Positions 49,601 through 55,665 of a stretch of DNA of 55,665 nt are shown here, in pieces. The notes below the pieces were generated by a model. It saw only the letters and a list, made by a program, of their open reading frames with translations, was not told where the DNA came from and searched no databases. The translations under genes and the position numbers were made by a program. This DNA is from Nostoc sp. DedSLP01 (GTDB taxonomy: Bacteria; Cyanobacteriota; Cyanobacteriia; Cyanobacteriales; Nostocaceae): contig JAVRCJ020000043.1 in NCBI GenBank assembly GCA_034530875.2, forward strand, positions 1-55,665. Reading direction: 5' to 3'. Positions within the stretch are counted from its first letter, which is position 1, and each line of letters opens with the position of its first letter.

Positions 49601-51292
49601 TGAAGCTTGAGTAATTGCGGCATCGAGACCGTAAAGACGATAATATTCTTTCGACCAAATGACTCGATTGCTTGTAATATCCCAGTCCCACACACCAGCG
49701 TTAGCAGCTTGTTGAGCAATTCTCAGTCGTTCTTCACTCTGTCGTAGCATCTCCTCGGCTTGCTTGCGATGAGTGATATCATTCACTAATGCTACAAAAC
49801 CTGTAACATTTCCCTGGCGATCGAATTGAGGAACGTAGTTGACAATAGCATCGCGCGTGTCACCTGCTTTATAAAGAATTCTGGCCTCGAAGGTGACTTC
49901 CTGCCCCGCGAGTACTTGCTCGACGTAAGGACGAATTTTTTGATATGCTGCTTCACCCAAAACTTCCCACAGATACTTGCCATTAATTTCGGCAGTCGGT
50001 TTTCCAAACCACTCTTCATACTTTTGGTTGGTGAAGCGGTAACGCTGTTGAGTATCGATAAAGGAAATTAAAACCGGCACAGCATTAGCGATTAAACGCA
50101 GTTCTTGTTCTCGCTGCTGTAACTCTTCTTCAGCTCGGACGCGATCGCTAATATCTAACGCCACCCCAGCCAAAAGTTGTTCTCCAGCCGCATTGCGAAA
50201 GGGAAACTTAAAGGACATATAACTGTGTTTGCCATCTTCATAATCAATGGTTTCCAGTATTTGCATTGGCTGTCCGCTACTCAATACAGCCAAGTCATTG
50301 GTACGAAACTGCTCGGCTATGGCAGGTGGCAACAACTCAAAATCTGTTTTCCCAATAAAATCAATTTGCTGATGTCGGCTGGCTCGCTCTACCCAGGCAT
50401 TGACATATACATATCGCCCAGATTCATCCTTAATGAATGCTGCAAGCGGGCTATGGTTCATAAAGCTTTGGAACAGTTCCTGAGTTTCTCGCAGAGATGT
50501 TTCCGTCCGCTTGCGCTCGATAAACTGACCAATCTGGCTGCCAACAGCCGCCATCATTTGTAGTAAGTCTGTGTCTGCTTCTTGGATGCGATCGCTAAAG
50601 CACTCAATGACACCTAAGATTTCCTCACCTAGTAAAATAGGAAACCCAAATCCTGACTTTAATCCCACCCCAGAGGCGATCGCAGTTCTAGTGAGGTTAT
50701 TATCTTTACTTAATTCAGATATCCAATGCGGTTGACAAGTTGCCCAAACTCTCCACGGAAGGCCGACGCCACGGGCAAAAGTAATTTGCTGGGTTGCCTC
50801 AAAAAATTCCTGCATATCCACATTTGCAGCTTGCCAGTAGTTGATGCAATGCAAGACAGCAGAATATGAGTCAATCTGCCACAGTACCCCGACTTGCCAG
50901 CCCAAATTTTCACACACAGCCTGTAAAATCGCGGGGGTAGCTTCAGCAAGCGTTTTGGCTTCAGCTAATATCCGCGCCACGGCATATTGAATATCGCGGC
51001 GTTGCTCTGCTAGTTGGCGATCGGCTGCTTGTAAAGTCCCTTGTTCGCCAGTTCTTTCTCTGATAGCCGCTATGCTGGGATTGTTCTCATGTGTTTGAGA
51101 TGCAGTTTGTTCTTCCTGCTGATTCAAACTGCGGGCAAACTGTTCTATAACTTCAGATCGGGAAGTGCCTCGCCTTTTCGCCTCTTCATCCAATAGTCGC
51201 CATGCAGTAGCAGTCAGCGTCATACTAAATCGCTGTTTGCTTTCACCATCGCAATTGCTCACAAATTTACCCGTGCTATCCCGCTTCATCAT
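46631..51292 (-). CDS. Multi-sensor hybrid histidine kinase: RHH-like N-terminus, GAF, ~7 PAS/PAC, HisKA, HATPase, REC
   Basis: GAF (GVGLP.RVW, FGFPI), repeated DIT.RK PAC ends, SHELRTPL, NLLSNAIKF, DNGKGI, GGLGLGLAIV, receiver VDDD..SDIGMP..KP. Confidence 0.95.
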   Translation of the reverse strand: MMKRDSTGKFVSNCDGESKQRFSMTLTATAWRLLDEEAKRRGTSRSEVIEQFARSLNQQEEQTASQTHENNPSIAAIRERTGEQGTLQAADRQLAEQRRDIQYAVARILAEAKTLAEATPAILQAVCENLGWQVGVLWQIDSYSAVLHCINYWQAANVDMQEFFEATQQITFARGVGLPWRVWATCQPHWISELSKDNNLTRTAIASGVGLKSGFGFPILLGEEILGVIECFSDRIQEADTDLLQMMAAVGSQIGQFIERKRTETSLRETQELFQSFMNHSPLAAFIKDESGRYVYVNAWVERASRHQQIDFIGKTDFELLPPAIAEQFRTNDLAVLSSGQPMQILETIDYEDGKHSYMSFKFPFRNAAGEQLLAGVALDISDRVRAEEELQQREQELRLIANAVPVLISFIDTQQRYRFTNQKYEEWFGKPTAEINGKYLWEVLGEAAYQKIRPYVEQVLAGQEVTFEARILYKAGDTRDAIVNYVPQFDRQGNVTGFVALVNDITHRKQAEEMLRQSEERLRIAQQAANAGVWDWDITSNRVIWSKEYYRLYGLDAAITQASYQNWLFSIIEEDRDRTDRTVRQALEHQIDINVEFRICHPTQGERWLTAIGQTFYDDNNQPIRMTGIALDITNRKRAEADLQKSEERFQLIAKATNDVIWDCHLPTNQMWWSERLQIVFGYQPEQLHYNRSGWFERVHPEDIARVHTSYQTSLNSDVTVWTEEYRFCRADNCYADVIDRAYIIRDSAGNPVRVVGAMADISHVYDELRLRKRAQRELQQTLQALITVVQASPLPIVVIEPNMTVQLWNSAAEKLFGWSAAEVLGQPIPIVPEEKRDECRQVREAIAKAEMFAGVETYRCKRDGSTVMVSISAAPLYDEHNHFQSILLIFQDITQQQQAEQALRQSEEWARLAIQVAKLGAWRLHVDSNLVEMDERMREIWGEPDDGVMIPLPRVIERMHPDDRGRVTNAVNEAIAPHSSGMYEIEYRIIWDDGSERWVLAKGQAVFQGEGESRQTIDFFGTLLDITDRKLSEAAILESEERYRYLAESIPQLVWTADTQGVLIDVNQRWCNFTGLTLTQAQTQGWQAIVHPDDAPQMGENWAKAQHNGSYYQAQGRMRRADGVYRWHLHQAVPLKNEQGQVIKWFGTATDIEDQKQLEQQRIHLLQQEQAAREQAETANRIKDEFLAVLSHELRTPLNPILGWSRLLQSQKLDAVKTTEALKTIERNAKLQAQLIEDLLDVSRILQGKLNLNVTPVDLTSVINGAIETVRLAAQAKLITIQTILPANVGQVAGDPSRLQQVVWNLLSNAIKFTPSGGKIEIRLERSKGLTQITVTDNGKGISPEFLPFVFDYFRQADSTTTRKFGGLGLGLAIVRHLVELHGGTVSAQSLGEGLGATFTVRLPLMLIQEQINRDGRQMEEVLDLNGIKVLLVDDDADSREFVAFVLEQEGADVVMADSATEALKVLENFHPDILLSDIGMPQIDGYMLIEQVRNLPPEQGGNIIAIALTAYAGEMNQKQAIKAGFQWHISKPVEPQELITTILELVKKVR
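48977..48997. mobile_element. 21-nt SDR5-like insertion in a HIP1 site within the kinase ORF
   Basis: Minus strand GCCAT|GTCTACGACGAGCTGCGCTTA|CGC. Adds VYDELRL into the DIS(D)RK PAC motif. Confidence 0.75.
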
Positions 51293-51892
51293 AATTACTA
51301 ATACGTAATTCGTAATTCGTAATTAACAAGGGTTAAAAACCTCGTCCTTTCAGGTCGTCTAGTTTAGGCGGAGTTTAAACCGCTGTCTAAAGGTCGATCG
51401 CGAATTATCAATTACGAATTATGAATTTTTAAGAGGCTTTATCCGTATATATATACGGTTTCTCTTAATTCAACCTTACTTTATCTTGATAACAATCTCT
51501 CTTAAGAAAGATGATTTTCCACTTTACACTTTTAAAGCCTGCGGCGGGGGAAAGGCTAATAGAAGAGAAAACCAAACTTCCTTTTATCCCCTTTCCCAAA
51601 AACTATTGCCTTATACCATTTCACTAAAATCCTGATACAAATTCTTTCCCCTCTACTCCCCTAAATGTATCAACCTTAAAGTGAAACGGCATTACACTCA
51701 CCCCAAAGAAGTCGCTCAAGTTTGACAACTTGTCTTTTGACACAAGGCACAACTTCGCTTAAAGTGCCCCACTAGAGGAGTGCTGAGTACTGAGTACTGA
51801 GCAATAAAGAAGAGAAAACAATTTCTTCTAAATTCTTCAGAATCTTTAGTCTGACAGCCAAAAATTATGACTCAGAACTCAGGACTTTTTTT

Positions 51893-53164
51893 ATGGTAGA
51901 TTTATTGCCGATCGCAATCCTGGGGTTCCTGGGCAGTTTTGGGCATTGCTTTGGGATGTGCGGCCCCTTAACAGTGGCGTTTTCCCTGTCTCATCAGCCA
52001 AAAATTCCCCACACAAGTTTCTCTAAACGGACATCAACTTTAGAAAAGCCGCACACTTGGCAACAGCAATTAAAGTTTCATATATTGCTAAATCTGGGGC
52101 GGATGTTGAGCTATGCTCTAGTCGGTGCTGGTATTGGGGCGCTGGGTTCGGTATTGCTGCAAGCCGGACAATTGGCGGGTGTTGGCAGCGACTTCCGGCG
52201 TTGGATGGCAATTATCGCTGGTATCATGCTCATCTGGTTTGGCTTAGGACAAATCAAACCCGATTTGCTGCCGCGCATTCCCCTACTGCATCCTTTATTA
52301 AAAATCAGTTTACACGATCGCCTCAGCAGTAGCATGGTTAAACTTTCCTTAAAAACCAAATGGTGGACGCCATTGCTGTTGGGAATGACTTGGGGTTTAA
52401 TGCCTTGCGGTTTTTTATATGCAGCCCAAATTAAAGCCGCTGGAACTGGCAATTTATGGATGGGTACGGCAACGATGCTGGCTTTTGGCTTGGGAACCCT
52501 ACCCATCATGTTAGGTGTAGGCGTCTCCACCTCTTTGGTGAGCAAAGACAGGCGCAGTCAATTGTTTCGATTAGGCGGCTGGGTTACCCTTGCCATTGGC
52601 ATCATCACCTTGCTGCGGACTGGCGACACAATGGTGGATTACACCGGACACGCCGCTTTATTCTGCTTAATGTTGGCCTTAATTGCTCGTCCCATTAGTG
52701 GCTTGTGGGCATCGCCGCTGCGTTACCGCCGTGCTTTGGGTGTGGGAGCTTTTGTACTTTCTGTGGCTCACACCGTCCACATGCTCGAACATTCATTGGC
52801 ATGGAATTTTGCTGCCTTTTCTTTTTTACCACCACAATTTCAGTCGGGGATGGCTGCGGGTGCTGTAGCATTAATATTAATGTCCCCCGCCGCTTTAACG
52901 AGTTGGGAATCATTGCAAAAATCTTGGGGCAAGCTTTGGCGACAGATTCATCTATTGGGTGTGCCAGCTTTGCTCTTAAGCGCTGTTCATGCTGTGTCGA
53001 TCGGTTCCCATTATTTGGGTTCCATAGAATCAACTTGGGGAAATAAATTAGCGGCAGTACTGATGGGAATTATTACCGTCGGTGTTTTGTTAGTGCGCTC
53101 GCGCTTTTTTTGGTCAAAGTTAGCCGTAGAAAAATTTTATGTTCCCCCAACCAAATTGCGGTAA
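51893..53164 (+). CDS. DsbD_2/UreH-like (TauE/SafE-annotated) membrane protein fused to a ferric-reductase-like TM domain
   Basis: GSFGHCFGMCGP, GRMLSY, GLMPCGFLY, FGLGTLP, then TG..AL, RRALG, H..H, W..IH...H as in MsrQ/ferric reductase TM domains. Confidence 0.8.
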   Translation: MVDLLPIAILGFLGSFGHCFGMCGPLTVAFSLSHQPKIPHTSFSKRTSTLEKPHTWQQQLKFHILLNLGRMLSYALVGAGIGALGSVLLQAGQLAGVGSDFRRWMAIIAGIMLIWFGLGQIKPDLLPRIPLLHPLLKISLHDRLSSSMVKLSLKTKWWTPLLLGMTWGLMPCGFLYAAQIKAAGTGNLWMGTATMLAFGLGTLPIMLGVGVSTSLVSKDRRSQLFRLGGWVTLAIGIITLLRTGDTMVDYTGHAALFCLMLALIARPISGLWASPLRYRRALGVGAFVLSVAHTVHMLEHSLAWNFAAFSFLPPQFQSGMAAGAVALILMSPAALTSWESLQKSWGKLWRQIHLLGVPALLLSAVHAVSIGSHYLGSIESTWGNKLAAVLMGIITVGVLLVRSRFFWSKLAVEKFYVPPTKLR

Positions 53165-53186
53165 ATCAACTTTATTTTCTGGCTCC

Positions 53187-53816
53187 ATGCCAACGACTGC
53201 AAAACAGAAGCATTATCCCAACAAAGGAGCGATCGAGTATTTCTTATTCCTGAGTTGCTTGGCGATATCAATAACTAATATTGACTCTGCTGCTGCTCAT
53301 AAGGTGGAAGTAGCTAGAGATGTCGGTGGTACTCTCCACATTGAACCAAACGATAATCCCCGCGCAGGAGAAACCACCCAAGCCTGGTTTGCTCTCACTA
53401 AGAGAGGCGGCAAGGTGATTCCTTTATCCCAATGTAATTGTCGGTTGTCTGTTTATGCCGAACCTTATGCAACCGGAGAACCAGCACTCTTAGAACCAAC
53501 TCTCAAACCTGTGGAAGTTGAACGCTATCGAGGTATCCCCGGCGCAGAACTTGTGTTTCCCAAGCCAGGAATTTATCAACTGCAACTGAATGGTAAACCA
53601 ACCTCAGGCGCAAAATTCAAACCTTTTGAATTCAAATTTGAAGTTACTGTGGCAGGTGGCTCTACAAATACACGAAACGTCCAAGATTTGAATGGCAAGA
53701 TAGTTGATGGTCAGACTCAAAGTTTACCAGCTTGGGCGATCGCTCTGCCAATCCTCGGATTTGTCGCCATCTTATTTGTTGTACTACGAGGATTGACAGG
53801 AGGAAGTGGACAATAG
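53187..53816 (+). CDS. Exported/membrane-anchored hypothetical protein (Ig-like fold, His at predicted mature N-terminus)
   Basis: AAA-HKVE signal cleavage, LHIEPND.P.AG, CNC, FPKPGIYQL, C-terminal TM helix. Start uncertain (53139/53187). Confidence 0.7.
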   Translation: MPTTAKQKHYPNKGAIEYFLFLSCLAISITNIDSAAAHKVEVARDVGGTLHIEPNDNPRAGETTQAWFALTKRGGKVIPLSQCNCRLSVYAEPYATGEPALLEPTLKPVEVERYRGIPGAELVFPKPGIYQLQLNGKPTSGAKFKPFEFKFEVTVAGGSTNTRNVQDLNGKIVDGQTQSLPAWAIALPILGFVAILFVVLRGLTGGSGQ

Positions 53817-53833
53817 GTAAAATACCGCTTAAT

Positions 53834-53894
53834 TAGGGACTTCCAACTAAAAAAATATTCCATCCCATTAAGGGCATATTTTTTGGAAGTCCCT
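53834..53894. repeat. Short inverted-repeat element between convergent genes
   Basis: AGGGACTTCCAA...TTGGAAGTCCCT terminal inverted repeats. Confidence 0.65.
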
Positions 53895-53931
53895 TCAACA
53901 AATTGTGATATACGAAAAGAATTTTTATGCT

Positions 53932-54615
53932 TTAGATACCTTTGGCTTGGAGGCTAAATCGAAGCATCCTACTAGAAATATTCTCAGTTAACAATAAACT
54001 TATAGCCATTAAAAATTCAGATGTGCTACCAGCGAGTGTACCTACTAGAGAGGAGGGTATAGCGTTACCAACAAGAGCAATTAACGTTCCTACAAACAAC
54101 CACCACCATTTTTGCCTAATCCAAATACCGATACCAATTAGTAAAACAAACAAATTAACTACAATCGTGATAATTGGAAGGCCACTCACATTGCCAAGAT
54201 GATAGCGTAAGATACCCATAAACTGGACTGGAACTAGTTCCAATCCTATATAGTTACTGGAAACATCTATTGCAGCAAGTCCTAATGCAATTACCCAAGA
54301 TAAAATCCGCACTAAATTATTTGCCCAACCAGCACCAGCGCGGTGAGCGAGTTCAACACCAATTACAATAAATAATGGTACAACTAAGTAATGTAAGAGA
54401 AAGCGTAGTAGACTGAGAGTTTTTAAAACCTCTCCTTCACCAATTAGACTTCCTATTGAAAGAATAAAATTGTCATAGCTAATGCTTACTAGCACTATAG
54501 GCCAAATAATCATTGCTAGGCTGGTTGATTGTCGCCACAGGTAAATTGCCCAGCCTATTAACATCCATTCGCTCAATGCAAGACTTAAATGTGTCAACGG
54601 ATAAATTATTGGCAT
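53932..54615 (-). CDS. Polytopic membrane hypothetical protein
   Basis: About seven hydrophobic helices with YDN and R..LH motifs. Confidence 0.75.
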   Translation of the reverse strand: MPIIYPLTHLSLALSEWMLIGWAIYLWRQSTSLAMIIWPIVLVSISYDNFILSIGSLIGEGEVLKTLSLLRFLLHYLVVPLFIVIGVELAHRAGAGWANNLVRILSWVIALGLAAIDVSSNYIGLELVPVQFMGILRYHLGNVSGLPIITIVVNLFVLLIGIGIWIRQKWWWLFVGTLIALVGNAIPSSLVGTLAGSTSEFLMAISLLLTENISSRMLRFSLQAKGI

Positions 54616-54757
54616 AAGTCATGTATGAAAATAGCAAAATATATTCCAGGCACAAATATTAGGCGCTGAAGCTGATTCAGATAATTTGTGCTTGGAATTA
54701 AACTTAGAGCAACTTATTCACTACTTTTGAAGCTGTAATTCAGCTTGAAAGTCTTGC

Positions 54758-55207
54758 CTAAAAATTATCTGATAAAACAACTTGTATCTCCGTGTTAAGT
54801 TCCGGCGCAAAACCACTTCCTTGAGCTACATAAGTAATCGGGCCGCCTGCTTCTAAAACCGCAGGGCCGCCACAAGCTTTAATTAAATCAACCCCGTCCT
54901 TCACCTTAATATCTTGGCAACCAAATTCGACTCCATTTGGTCCAGTAATTTTAATCTTATTAATTGTGCCTGTTTCACCAGCAGCTAAGAAAAGTTTAGC
55001 AGAGCGAACAACTGTTTTAGCTGGCAAAGGTTGAGTCGTTGTGTCGATACTGAACTTTCCATCTATAATTTGAGCTTTTTCTGTAATAATTAAGGTAGGC
55101 AAGGTGTTTGGAACCGCCATAGCCGTTGTAGTGAAACACAATATTACAAATGACAAAGCAAATGCCAAAATCTTTGCTGGGTTTACGAACATCTTCAATA
55201 AATTCAT
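54758..55207 (-). CDS. Secreted hypothetical protein
   Basis: AGGAG RBS, signal peptide ending AMA, two Cys. Confidence 0.7.
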   Translation of the reverse strand: MNLLKMFVNPAKILAFALSFVILCFTTTAMAVPNTLPTLIITEKAQIIDGKFSIDTTTQPLPAKTVVRSAKLFLAAGETGTINKIKITGPNGVEFGCQDIKVKDGVDLIKACGGPAVLEAGGPITYVAQGSGFAPELNTEIQVVLSDNF

Positions 55208-55665
55208 GATGATTCTCCTTGTTAAACTTTTACAAATTTAGATACCAACTCAATATTTGAATGGCAAGTTTAATGAGCGTAAACTCATTGATGAAGCTAG
55301 ATAAACGGCTGTAATTGCGTAGGGGTTAAACGCTCATTAAAAATTAAAAGTAATACTGAAAAATCAGCTACTTACTCTACGCTATAACAGCCATATAACT
55401 GCTTAGGTTTTACCTTTTATTAGTGAGCTTATATTGTCTTATCTGTCGATTTTTAGCTGTTTATGCAGATTGACAAAAAATATTAGCATTTTTTGGTTGA
55501 AAGTTTTGCAAATGTCCCTCTCAAGACAATTAAAACAGGAATCCCAGAAATAATTAAGTATGGGATTAGATCTGAATGGTATTAAGAAAAGCTATAAGCT
55601 ATGCGGAACAAGCTCCACAGCTTTTAAAGCTATTAAACAATGGAAGGATTTCCTGAATACTGTTT

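Noticed and set aside
51893..53164. UreH-like protein as the Ni supplier for the LarA-family enzyme
   Set aside because: It is over 35 kb away, has no shared operator, and its metal specificity is unknown.

Overview
Chromosomal window from a filamentous, probably heterocyst-forming cyanobacterium (Nostocales-like). Evidence for this is a cyanobacterial 16S rRNA 5' end, dense HIP1 (GCGATCGC) sites and STRR/SDR-type repeats. Housekeeping genes are 16S rRNA (partial), nadC, mutS, cobA/hemD, coaE, tldD and ileS. Also present are a heterodimeric ABC exporter, two Ser/Thr kinases, two-component proteins and a PrlF/YhaV-type toxin-antitoxin pair. The standout is a ~16 kb LacI-associated catabolic cluster (14876-31172). 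It encodes a myo-inositol oxygenase (MIOX), uronate isomerase (UxaC), an SDR-type mannonate oxidoreductase (UxuB), a LarA-family nickel-pincer epimerase and gluconokinase, plus a sugar ABC importer with two binding proteins, a Gfo/Idh/MocA dehydrogenase and a carbohydrate porin. Together these suggest an apparently undescribed route: myo-inositol -> D-glucuronate -> D-fructuronate -> D-mannonate -> D-gluconate -> 6-phosphogluconate, bypassing UxuA. Matching TGCAC/AACGTGTGCA operators lie upstream of both the lacI-type gene and miox. The window also shows very small mobile repeats: in-frame insertions in MutS and a histidine kinase, a nested MITE with a 10-bp target-site duplication, and a 21-bp-period palindrome array. 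All functional calls come from motif recognition by eye; no database searches were run.
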